Virus record (IMG/VR): IMGVR_UViG_3300032102_000006
Reading direction: 5' to 3' (one strand)
Source of the DNA: a virus
Length of the DNA: 64,000 nucleotides
Position numbers and translations under genes: made by a program. Below, piece by piece: positions 46,501-55,183 of the stretch. The notes below the pieces were generated by a model, which saw only the letters and a program-made list of their open reading frames with translations, made no database searches and was not told where the DNA came from. The first letter of the stretch is position 1. Every line of letters begins with the position of its first letter.

Positions 46501-49458
46501 ATGGCATTTACATATTATTCAAGATTGACACTAGTGCGACCAGACGAGGTAAATGAATTAGACCCTCGACTTGGTGTTGTTATTGCAGAAACTGCAACAA
46601 CTGGAAAATTTATCCTAAGTGACTTTTCATGGGACACTGCATCTGCTCCAAATGCAAAAACCATGACAACTATCAATACACAAGGTGAATTAAAAATTTA
46701 TGAGCCAATGGGCATGGCATTATTTGATTACATTAAAGCCGCTGCATTTTCTATTGATATTGAGAATCATTTAGATGCTAGATTCTTATTAGAAGTTGAA
46801 ATATTAGGCGAAAGCCTTCCTAAAGAAAATAGTCCTTACAAATATATCTGGCCTATTATGTTTATTGCATCTGAAGTTAAAAGTAGCGTAAGCGAAAAAG
46901 GCACAGAATACAATATAAAATTCATACACACAGGACATCACGCCCAAACTGACCTTGTGCAGCCAATTAAAGAAACTAGCAAACTGGATGCAGGAACAGT
47001 TGGAGAGTATTTGCAAAAACTTCAGCGTGACTTAGAAACTCGTGAATTTAAATATGCAGCCGCAAGGCAAAAAGCAGGTAGTGCTGCAACTCCGGGCGGC
47101 GATAATCCTGCTGCTAGCGATCCGTTCCACGATGAATACCATTTTATTGTACAGAAAGAAGTTGCAAATTTTAAATTTACCAGTAAAGGTGACAAGGATA
47201 ACGCAGTGCAAGGAACATGGGGAGGCCTTGGAAAACTCTGGGGATCGTACAATATTACAGCTCGCCCTGGTATGACCTTAACACAACAAATTAACAGAAT
47301 TTTACAAAGCACCGAAGAATCTGCTAATTTGCTATTAGGTAGAGATAAACCTCAAGCGCCTGATGCAACCGGTAGCAGTGCAAGCAATGCTGCAAACTTA
47401 GAAGCAGAACTAGGAAAAGTTTATCAATTTTTTAGAATAGAAACTTTCAGTGTCTATAAGGCATTTGATTATATTAGGCAACGTTATGCTGTTAAGCATG
47501 TATTCTTTGTATTCTTATCAGACCAGCCAAACATGTACCAGTACCCTGATGAGATAGCTTTAATTAATAAATTTAAAAATAGAGACAAGGCAATTAAAAA
47601 ATTACAGTACTATATTCAAGAAGGTCTACTACAAAAAACATACTATCATAATTACACTGGTTTGAATACTGAAATTTTAAAAGTTGATATTAACTTTAAT
47701 CAAAGTTATAGTTTACCTAGTTTCCCTGTTATGTGGGCAGATAGAGGAACTACTGGTCCAGGTCCGATGAACTTGCAAAATTATAATAGACGAATTAGTG
47801 CTTATGTTCACAAAGATGATCTAGGTGCAGCTCGTCGCGAAATAGAACGAGTGCAAAGACAAGCTATTAAGAATAATTCTTCAATAGATTATCTTATTAA
47901 AAAACATGCAAATGGGGATGAGAAGAAATTTCAGCGTGTTCTAGCTAACGACCTAGCAGTAAAAGCAGAATATAATCTTTTGCAAAAAAATAAAGAAGGT
48001 TTTGAGAAAGAACTTGCTCTAAGACAAGAAGAATTTAACACAAAAAGAGCAGATTTAGGTTCTGTTAATACTATCAAGAATAGACAAGACTTGTTAAAGT
48101 CGTTGGATTATGCAGAAGACTTAACAGACAAAGATTTTACGGAAATGTTGGATCGATATAAAGATGCTGAATATCATAATTTAAATCCTAGAATGGAACC
48201 CGATGTTATAGCAGAAAAGATTGACATTATTAAATCTGAAAATGAAAAGTTAATGGAAAAACTTTTTGCAGTAATGATTAGTCCTAGAGATTTAGTAGAA
48301 TTAGAACTAGAAATATTTCCAGACCCGTTCTGGTTAGGCCCACCTAACGTTCTAGGTCAAGGCGCAAAGAATCTTGACATGATAGAGTTTCCTTTAAAAA
48401 ACGGGGATGAACTTAGAGAATTGTTAAACTCTAGGATGCAAAAGATTGATACAAGATGGAATACAAGAGAACCAGTCTGGGGAGACTATGGTGTTGCTCC
48501 GTGGTATAAAGGTGCGCCATTATTTTATTTCTTAACAAAAGTACCAGAAGGTTATGATGACGACACCAATCTTTTGAAGTTTAATGCAAAAGATCAGATC
48601 CATGGAATTTATATGGTCTATGAAATTACCAATGACTTCAAAGATGGTAAATGGACCCAGAAATTAAAAGCTAAAAGAGATATTTCTATACCTAGCCAGT
48701 ATTTGCCTACTGGTGTTAACGGTGAGCTGACATTCGAGCAATTTGTTTCTTATGTCAATGAACAACCAAGTGTAGCAGAAGAAGTTAGAGAAGCAGCTAG
48801 GGAAGAAGAACGTCAACGAACAAATCAAGCTGAACAAGATAATTTAACCGGCAATGGTAGCGGTGCAGCAGGTGTTACTTTAAATGACAAAGTTCCAACA
48901 CGTCAAGGTATACCAGAAGCACTACAAAAGTCTAAGGAATACCTAGCAGATAATCCGCCTCCGGCAGTAGCCGATCCTGTTGCTGCGGCTAAAGAATTTG
49001 TTGCAAGCGGTATGTCTAAACAGCAGGCATACAGTAAAGCTAAGACTCAATATGAAAGTCAAGTTGGCTCATTCTTTAAACATTTGGAAACAGCAAACAA
49101 TCAAGCCTATGCACAAGCAGGTGTTAACGGTGTTGTTCCGTATAGTGCAGATACTATGAAAGCACTTGCAATACAACGAAGCGGTATCGGCGGACTAAAC
49201 GATTGGCGTGCAGGAAACACAACAGCCCTTGGTCCAGCAGCACTTAATAATCCCATGGGAGTTGGCGGCAATCCGGCAATCGGTAGGTATAATAAGTTTG
49301 ACTCTTTTGAACAAGGCTTACAAGCAGGTAGTGATTATTACAATTATGGCGTTGGTGTGTCGGTTAACAAGAATACAGCCAGTGACAGATTATTGTTACC
49401 TGATACTTGGCGAGGGAAAGAGTTAGAATATATTAAGAGAAAAACTTCAGTAAGGTAA
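46501..49458 (+). CDS. Baseplate hub protein (gp27/VgrG-like)
   Basis: Large beta-rich ORF before gp5-like gene; LELEI..DPFWL; G.Y.V..I.N.F.DGKWTQ.L. Confidence 0.65.
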   Translation: MAFTYYSRLTLVRPDEVNELDPRLGVVIAETATTGKFILSDFSWDTASAPNAKTMTTINTQGELKIYEPMGMALFDYIKAAAFSIDIENHLDARFLLEVEILGESLPKENSPYKYIWPIMFIASEVKSSVSEKGTEYNIKFIHTGHHAQTDLVQPIKETSKLDAGTVGEYLQKLQRDLETREFKYAAARQKAGSAATPGGDNPAASDPFHDEYHFIVQKEVANFKFTSKGDKDNAVQGTWGGLGKLWGSYNITARPGMTLTQQINRILQSTEESANLLLGRDKPQAPDATGSSASNAANLEAELGKVYQFFRIETFSVYKAFDYIRQRYAVKHVFFVFLSDQPNMYQYPDEIALINKFKNRDKAIKKLQYYIQEGLLQKTYYHNYTGLNTEILKVDINFNQSYSLPSFPVMWADRGTTGPGPMNLQNYNRRISAYVHKDDLGAARREIERVQRQAIKNNSSIDYLIKKHANGDEKKFQRVLANDLAVKAEYNLLQKNKEGFEKELALRQEEFNTKRADLGSVNTIKNRQDLLKSLDYAEDLTDKDFTEMLDRYKDAEYHNLNPRMEPDVIAEKIDIIKSENEKLMEKLFAVMISPRDLVELELEIFPDPFWLGPPNVLGQGAKNLDMIEFPLKNGDELRELLNSRMQKIDTRWNTREPVWGDYGVAPWYKGAPLFYFLTKVPEGYDDDTNLLKFNAKDQIHGIYMVYEITNDFKDGKWTQKLKAKRDISIPSQYLPTGVNGELTFEQFVSYVNEQPSVAEEVREAAREEERQRTNQAEQDNLTGNGSGAAGVTLNDKVPTRQGIPEALQKSKEYLADNPPPAVADPVAAAKEFVASGMSKQQAYSKAKTQYESQVGSFFKHLETANNQAYAQAGVNGVVPYSADTMKALAIQRSGIGGLNDWRAGNTTALGPAALNNPMGVGGNPAIGRYNKFDSFEQGLQAGSDYYNYGVGVSVNKNTASDRLLLPDTWRGKELEYIKRKTSVR

Positions 49459-49462
49459 CAAC

Positions 49463-51733
49463 ATGACAAGAATAGCAAATCCATACGGACAGAAAAAGCC
49501 GCCTTCAAATTATAACGATGGTGGTAATATTCCATCGAGTCCTGGCGTATATATTGGACTCGTTAAAAAAAATGACGATCCTCAGAACATGGGTCGCTTG
49601 CAAGTTTATATTCCTGCTTTTGGCGGCGATCCTGAAGCAGACACAAGTTGGATTAGTGTAAGTTATGCAAGTCCTTTTGCAGGATCTACTAGTATATTTG
49701 ACCAAGGAAGTAACGTTACTGAATACGACGATACTATTAAGAGTTACGGCTTTTGGGCAGTGCCCCCTGATATAGATGCTAGAGTTCTCGTTGCATTTGC
49801 AGATGGCGGTAGAATTGACAAGGGCTATTGGTTTGCTTGTTTATTCCAACGAGGAACACAAGTAAGTGTTCCGGGTATTCCATCTAAAAAAACACACACC
49901 GGTGAAAACGTTCCTGCCGCACCAAAAAACAAACGTGACTTAGATTCTGATACTGAAAAGTATGTAGAACACAAGCCAATGAGCAGTGCATTAAAAAGAC
50001 AAGGATTGGAAAATGATCCTTTGAGAGGAACAACGACCAGCAGTGCAACACGAGAAAGTCCAAGTAGAGTAATAGGTCTATTAACCCCGGGACAGCAACA
50101 GTTTGTAATGGACGATGGTGATGTTAACGGAAACAATAAACTTATTAGACTTAGAACAGCCAATGGCTCTCAAGTTTTGCTAGATGATGTTTCTGGTCAT
50201 ATCTACATGATAACAAAAAACGGCGAAAGCTGGGTAGAGTTAAGTGCTGATGGAAAAATTCATTTGTATGGAAGTAGCGACATTAACATTAGAAGTCAAG
50301 GAAATTTAAACTTGTATGCAGATAACAATGTTAACATCGAAGCAGGTTCGGCAGTAAATGTAAAAACAAATAGCGGCTCTATTAAGCTAGAATCCGCAGA
50401 TGAAGTATCCACATTTGCAACTTCGTCTACTAAAATTACAAGTATGGAAACAAGTAATATTAGCAGCGGAATTGCTCATTACGAAACTGCCGGACAAATT
50501 CACATGAATGGTCCTGCTGCTGGTGCTCATGAATTAATAGAAAAATATCAATTGCCTGTTAATTTGGGGGTCACTGAAAGTATTTGTAGCATAGTTCCAG
50601 AACATGAACCATGGGCGGGTCATAGCGGTTTAATTAACCCGATTGGCTCTGGCAATCAACAAATGCAGGAAGATCCTGCACCGGAACAGCAACCGAGAAC
50701 TCCTGCGGCAGATGAAGCACCTGCTAAGATTATTAAAGAAGAAGTTGCAGAAGAAGACACGCCAGAAGTTGTTCCTTTAGAAGAAGTAAAAACATCTGAC
50801 GCAGCAATTGATAAGATAAAAGAAAGTAATGGATTTGCTCCGGTTAATATAAAAGATGCTCAAGGTCAAAGCGGCGGTTTTGGTAGTTCTATAACAAAGC
50901 CAAAAAACTTACAAACTTTAATTTCCTCTGGTATAGATAAAGTTACTAGTGCAGTTAAGAGTGGGGTTAATAGCGTTGCAAAAGCCTTTAATTTGAAATT
51001 ACCAGAAGGTATGGGTCCTTTTAACTTGTCTGCAAGTACATTCGATCAATTTAATAAAACTGTGGCTGAAGCAACTGCTGCCAAAGATAAATTAATTGCC
51101 AATCAAGACTCAACTAGTATGTTGCCATCTGGCAACATAACTAGGGCTCAAGTACAAAGTGTACTTGCAAAAGGTATCAATTTAGATGCTGCAAATGCCA
51201 TGCTTGCAAATGATATATCCGATAATGAATCTAGTGTAAAAGCTACTTTAGCAGCCGCAGGAGTTAAACAGATTCCTCAAAATGCATTTGACGGGCTAGT
51301 TAGCATGCAAAACCAATTAGGGGATGTAAGTTATTCTTATGTTAACGGAGAAAAGATTGATTTAACTTCATTGTATGCATCCGGAGAATGGGAACGTGCT
51401 GCAAGTTTTATTGCAGCCGATGAACGAGACCGTTCTAGACGTATACAAGAAGCAGCTATGATTGCTAAAAATAGCTATGGGCCGACACCCGACATGGATG
51501 CATTAGTTAATAACGGTTTGGCTAATGCTGCTGAATTATTAGCAAAAGGTAAACTCAATAAACAAACAGGAGAACCTGCTAGCGGCCAGCAGACAACTGC
51601 GTTAGCAAGTGCATATTTAGAAAAAACTGGAAATAGTTTACCGGGTCAGACAATTGCAACTAAGTTAGCCGTTGCAGACACTGATGAATTATTAGAAGCT
51701 TATAAAAAGCAAATAGGGCCATGGCCCTATTAA
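49463..51733 (+). CDS. Baseplate central spike (gp5-like) with OB-fold, beta-helix and lysozyme-like C-terminal remnant
   Basis: DDP..MGRLQVYIP; W....SPFAG; GFW.VPPD...VLV.F; LRTA.G.Q.LL.D; NI..EAG repeats. Confidence 0.8.
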   Translation: MTRIANPYGQKKPPSNYNDGGNIPSSPGVYIGLVKKNDDPQNMGRLQVYIPAFGGDPEADTSWISVSYASPFAGSTSIFDQGSNVTEYDDTIKSYGFWAVPPDIDARVLVAFADGGRIDKGYWFACLFQRGTQVSVPGIPSKKTHTGENVPAAPKNKRDLDSDTEKYVEHKPMSSALKRQGLENDPLRGTTTSSATRESPSRVIGLLTPGQQQFVMDDGDVNGNNKLIRLRTANGSQVLLDDVSGHIYMITKNGESWVELSADGKIHLYGSSDINIRSQGNLNLYADNNVNIEAGSAVNVKTNSGSIKLESADEVSTFATSSTKITSMETSNISSGIAHYETAGQIHMNGPAAGAHELIEKYQLPVNLGVTESICSIVPEHEPWAGHSGLINPIGSGNQQMQEDPAPEQQPRTPAADEAPAKIIKEEVAEEDTPEVVPLEEVKTSDAAIDKIKESNGFAPVNIKDAQGQSGGFGSSITKPKNLQTLISSGIDKVTSAVKSGVNSVAKAFNLKLPEGMGPFNLSASTFDQFNKTVAEATAAKDKLIANQDSTSMLPSGNITRAQVQSVLAKGINLDAANAMLANDISDNESSVKATLAAAGVKQIPQNAFDGLVSMQNQLGDVSYSYVNGEKIDLTSLYASGEWERAASFIAADERDRSRRIQEAAMIAKNSYGPTPDMDALVNNGLANAAELLAKGKLNKQTGEPASGQQTTALASAYLEKTGNSLPGQTIATKLAVADTDELLEAYKKQIGPWPY

Positions 51734-51762
51734 CGGTTTAGATACATTCTATCTACTTGTCC

Positions 51763-51809
51763 AAACCCTACATGATGTATACAAAACATAGTTGCATCAT
51801 GTAGGGTTT
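51763..51809. terminator. 15-bp hairpin between convergent operons
   Basis: AAACCCTACATGATG / CATCATGTAGGGTTT. Confidence 0.7.
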
Positions 51810-51863
51810 TAAACTGTTTAGTTACTCTAGTCCCTCCGGACAAATAATATTTTACAACCCACA

Positions 51864-52232
51864 TTACCTATTTACGAACTGCGCCAGATCGGGCGGAGTC
51901 CAGCCCTGCGGCTTTAATACCTTACCATCTTCGCGCTTTCGCACCTTCCCAGTTTCTTTATCTATTTTTGCAAAGTTAGTTCGCATAACTTCCTTCCAGC
52001 CGCCTTCTCCGTCAAAACCAGCACTATGAATAGCACCAGTTGTAACAACAATAAAGTCTAGCAATGCATCTAACTGTTCTACACGATCTCCCAACAGCAA
52101 AGCAGCTTTAAGCTCTTCCCATTCCTCTTCCATAAGGTCGAGATAAAGTTTGTACTGTTCTTCATTAAGTTCTTCTACGGTTTGATCGCAAGACCGCATG
52201 AATTTTTCTTGGTCCCTAAAAATATTTGTCAT
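51864..52232 (-). CDS. MazG-like NTP pyrophosphohydrolase / dimeric dUTPase-like
   Basis: LM.EE..EL......EQLDAL.D...V..G; V.RTN.AK......REDGKVLKP; start ATG 52232. Confidence 0.8.
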   Translation of the reverse strand: MTNIFRDQEKFMRSCDQTVEELNEEQYKLYLDLMEEEWEELKAALLLGDRVEQLDALLDFIVVTTGAIHSAGFDGEGGWKEVMRTNFAKIDKETGKVRKREDGKVLKPQGWTPPDLAQFVNR

Positions 52233-52252
52233 AGTTTTATTGTTTCTATAAA

Positions 52253-52456
52253 TTATTCTTCTGCGGTCATACAGGCCACAGGTGTTAGCCAACCATTGGC
52301 TAGGCAAGTACTGATGATTAGTCTATACTCACGGGGGCACTGTTCACTAATCTCTACTCCTGCTCGTTGAGCAATGACAAATCCGTCGTTTAAAGTAAAC
52401 AACGGGTCGCCTGGCTTAACTGTACGAAGTTTAGATTTTCTAGCAACAATGTTCAT
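52253..52456 (-). CDS. Small hypothetical protein
   Basis: 67 aa, ATGA-coupled chain. Confidence 0.6.
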   Translation of the reverse strand: MNIVARKSKLRTVKPGDPLFTLNDGFVIAQRAGVEISEQCPREYRLIISTCLANGWLTPVACMTAEE

Positions 52457-52686
52457 TTTTTAAGATTATCCATGACTAACTGTTCAGCAGCATCTCGAAT
52501 ACGTTTTTGCTCGCACTCTACAGCTTTTCCAAACATTAGCGTAACTAACTCTGCCATTACTCTAGCACCGTCTTCTGTTAAATGACTATAATGAGCACCT
52601 ACACTGCTAACATAAGCATGTTCTCTGTTCCTAGTCATGGCCACTAACTGAGCTGCAAGAATTTGGCCTATTTCTTTCTCAGTCAT
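52453..52686 (-). CDS. Small hypothetical protein
   Basis: Start at ATG 52686 with AAGG SD. Confidence 0.6.
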   Translation of the reverse strand: MTEKEIGQILAAQLVAMTRNREHAYVSSVGAHYSHLTEDGARVMAELVTLMFGKAVECEQKRIRDAAEQLVMDNLKK

Positions 52687-52690
52687 TTGT

Positions 52691-53041
52691 TTAGCCTTTC
52701 TTAAGCATTTCAGAGAATACAATTTTGCCAATTGATTCTCCAAAATTCTCGTTGCTTTCAATAACATATAAGCTCGAATTCCAGCGATCGTTTCTTTCAT
52801 CGTATGTCCTAGTTTCTAATATTTTCCCGCCATTAGCGTTATACAAGTTAAAGTGAATAGTGTCAAAGTCTGTATCCGATCCGTCAAAACTCTGTGACCT
52901 AGATTTAACCTTTACACTATTGACAGAACCTTTAGATCTATTTGCTAGTCCGATTCTGGGAACAGCCAGATCGGCATGTTGCGAGTTATTTTCTTCCGGA
53001 AAGAGAAAGCCGGTGAGTTTATTTCTTAACCAATTTTTCAT
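52691..53041 (-). CDS. Hypothetical protein
   Basis: 116 aa; AAGGA SD; promoter upstream. Confidence 0.65.
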   Translation of the reverse strand: MKNWLRNKLTGFLFPEENNSQHADLAVPRIGLANRSKGSVNSVKVKSRSQSFDGSDTDFDTIHFNLYNANGGKILETRTYDERNDRWNSSLYVIESNENFGESIGKIVFSEMLKKG

Positions 53042-53058
53042 GTTAATCCTTGTGCTTA

Positions 53059-53086
53059 ATTATAACAGAAATAGAAACAAAGTCAA
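53059..53086 (-). promoter_or_regulatory. Sigma70-type early promoter
   Basis: TTGACT-N16-TATAAT. Confidence 0.55.
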
Positions 53087-53090
53087 ACGA

Positions 53091-53846
53091 TTAGTCGAAT
53101 GTTTCGAGTAACTTGATTATAGTTGGTTTGGCTGCTAACCATTCTTCTTTGTTTACTAGTATGTCTTCGATATTAGCAGGGTATGGAGTAGGTATAGTGT
53201 CTATTTTAATAGCTTCTGGGATTTCTTCTTGCGGTAATCCTAGCAATTTCAATAACGCTTTGATATCTCCACCCGACAACATAAAATCTTCATAGTAAAT
53301 AACAGGAGCATTTGGGTTTAGAGTTTTTATCTTTTTGTAGTGCATTAAGATTCCAAAGAACGTCATACACTCACTAAAGGAAAAATATCCTTTAGTAATT
53401 TCTTCGCCTGCTCTAAATTCAAATTTGTTTGTTTCCATCATAGTACAAAATGATAGAAGCTGTGCTAGCCTATCTCGACGCTCTAAAAAGATAAAATCAA
53501 AATGTTTTCTAAAGAACTCGTAAGTTTCTCCATTAAAATCTTGTGTAAAAACTTTCGTTGTGTATTTTGTATCACCTTCTAATAGCTTTAGTCTGTTTTT
53601 GGTGATAGTATCTCTATACAAATGGTCTTCTAGAAACTTATTCTTTTCTCTTACATACGACAGCGACTGAATAACTCCGCCAATCTTATCAAACTTTTCT
53701 CTATAATGCGGAGTTACAGTGAGGTACTGATTTAAATAATTTTTAGAACCGAATTTATGTCGTGCAATGTTGTACAACATTTTAACCATAACAGTAGACC
53801 CAGTCCTGGGAGTAGCAATCAATACAGGATTATTTTTTTCTAGCAT
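53091..53846 (-). CDS. Sulfotransferase-like P-loop protein (Stf0-like)
   Basis: IATPRTGST (5'-PSB loop), FIFLERRD.LAQ.LS (3'-PB), IYYED; TAAATA 4 nt before ATG. Confidence 0.7.
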   Translation of the reverse strand: MLEKNNPVLIATPRTGSTVMVKMLYNIARHKFGSKNYLNQYLTVTPHYREKFDKIGGVIQSLSYVREKNKFLEDHLYRDTITKNRLKLLEGDTKYTTKVFTQDFNGETYEFFRKHFDFIFLERRDRLAQLLSFCTMMETNKFEFRAGEEITKGYFSFSECMTFFGILMHYKKIKTLNPNAPVIYYEDFMLSGGDIKALLKLLGLPQEEIPEAIKIDTIPTPYPANIEDILVNKEEWLAAKPTIIKLLETFD

Positions 53847-53861
53847 ACATTATTTAATATA

Positions 53862-54110
53862 CTAGTCAAAACTAACTAACCGTTTGATGTCTTTTGGCTT
53901 GACTATTATGATATTATATCGTTGCCCTTTGAGTATAATAGGTAAGTCAAGTGTAATAGTAACTCTAGGTCCTTCTAGTTCGCTAACTACGCTGTCTGTT
54001 CCAACCGTACCGATAAATGGAATTTTGTTCCACTTGCCTGATACACGAGCGCCAAATTCCCATTTACCTTGATATCTATTTTTTGCAAAGTAGTCTGCTA
54101 GGCTAGCCAT
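53862..54110 (-). CDS. Small hypothetical protein (SH3/KOW-like beta pattern)
   Basis: 82 aa in early gene chain. Confidence 0.6.
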   Translation of the reverse strand: MASLADYFAKNRYQGKWEFGARVSGKWNKIPFIGTVGTDSVVSELEGPRVTITLDLPIILKGQRYNIIIVKPKDIKRLVSFD

Positions 54111-54344
54111 TTAGTTTCCTTTCAGTAGCCATATTAGTATATCCTCTTTGTGTAAGATGCACAAGTCCTTGCTATATTTACTAACAGGCCTAGTAGAAGG
54201 ACTTGGCTTGGCCAGCATCATTCTAACATAACCGGAGTCACTACCTGGTCTAGATTTACCTAAGCCTAATACTTTGTAAATGTTGTTATGGAAAACAACA
54301 TAGTCCTCGACGTTAATTTCTCTACCGATAATATCTGTAATCAT
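54111..54344 (-). CDS. Small hypothetical protein
   Basis: DIIGREI.V.D.VVF; coupled starts. Confidence 0.6.
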   Translation of the reverse strand: MITDIIGREINVEDYVVFHNNIYKVLGLGKSRPGSDSGYVRMMLAKPSPSTRPVSKYSKDLCILHKEDILIWLLKGN

Positions 54345-54613
54345 TATTCAACTCCGAAATGTTTGTTTAGCACATCGCTTGCTTCGTACTCTACGTATTC
54401 ATCAAGTGCAACCTCTTGATCGATTGTAAATCCTTCAACAATATCAGCACACTCTTGCACAGTTAAACTGACTAGTGTTTGGTTAAACACTTCTTGTTTT
54501 TCCTGCTCGGTGATTTCTGTACTGGTGCGATTTGTTTTTGTTCCCAATACTGCCAGCAGATATTGACTTCGGTTTTTCGCACGGGCAATGAGAGATTCAA
54601 CAGCTTCGTTCAT
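54344..54613 (-). CDS. Small hypothetical protein, ...ECA...KHFGVE family
   Basis: Shares C-terminus with 54717-54965. Confidence 0.65.
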   Translation of the reverse strand: MNEAVESLIARAKNRSQYLLAVLGTKTNRTSTEITEQEKQEVFNQTLVSLTVQECADIVEGFTIDQEVALDEYVEYEASDVLNKHFGVE

Positions 54614-54720
54614 AATAGTCCTGAAATTGCTTTATACAAAAAATAAAATCCATACACAGCCAACGCTAGGATAGACAATTCTACTAGCCAGCCAAGTAAA
54701 GATACAATGAGGTCTTTCAT
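54610..54720 (-). CDS. 36-aa single-pass membrane peptide (not in ORF track)
   Basis: MKDLIVSLLGWLVELSILALAVYGFYFLYKAISGLL; ATGA overlaps at both ends. Confidence 0.7.
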   Translation of the reverse strand: MKDLIVSLLGWLVELSILALAVYGFYFLYKAISGLL

Positions 54721-54965
54721 TCTTCAACTCCGAAATGTTCTTTCAATACAGCAATTTCATAATCGATGTTATCATTACGATCACAACTAAAAAGTTCTCC
54801 AGTGTAAGGGTCACAACTTTTACCAATTTCTAATTGTTCAATACATTCCCGAACAATCAACTCGGCGAACTGTTCAATAGCCGCACGTTGAACAGGGCCT
54901 GTTTCAAAAAAGTTTTGAATACGTTCATTACAATTGGCAAGTTCTTTAATTCGTTCGTTCATCAT
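54717..54965 (-). CDS. Small hypothetical protein, MNERIKEL...FAELIVRECI...HFGVE family
   Basis: Coupled ORF; paralogous C-terminus. Confidence 0.7.
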   Translation of the reverse strand: MMNERIKELANCNERIQNFFETGPVQRAAIEQFAELIVRECIEQLEIGKSCDPYTGELFSCDRNDNIDYEIAVLKEHFGVEE

Positions 54966-55183
54966 ACCCTCACAAAATCAACATTTTCAATAGCATCAGT
55001 TTCAAACACTTCACCTTGGTTGCGACTACCAACAACACCACTCTTGCTCAAGTAGTAATGATTGTTTGGCATCAGCGATCCGTAGATAGTGTCACCGGGT
55101 TTTACATTCTCACATTTGAACTTTCGTAGGGCAGTTGCTTCAAATACAACAAGTAAATTGGGATTACTATTATGATAGATCAT
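54962..55183 (-). CDS. Small hypothetical protein
   Basis: 73 aa, ATGA overlaps. Confidence 0.6.
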   Translation of the reverse strand: MIYHNSNPNLLVVFEATALRKFKCENVKPGDTIYGSLMPNNHYYLSKSGVVGSRNQGEVFETDAIENVDFVRV

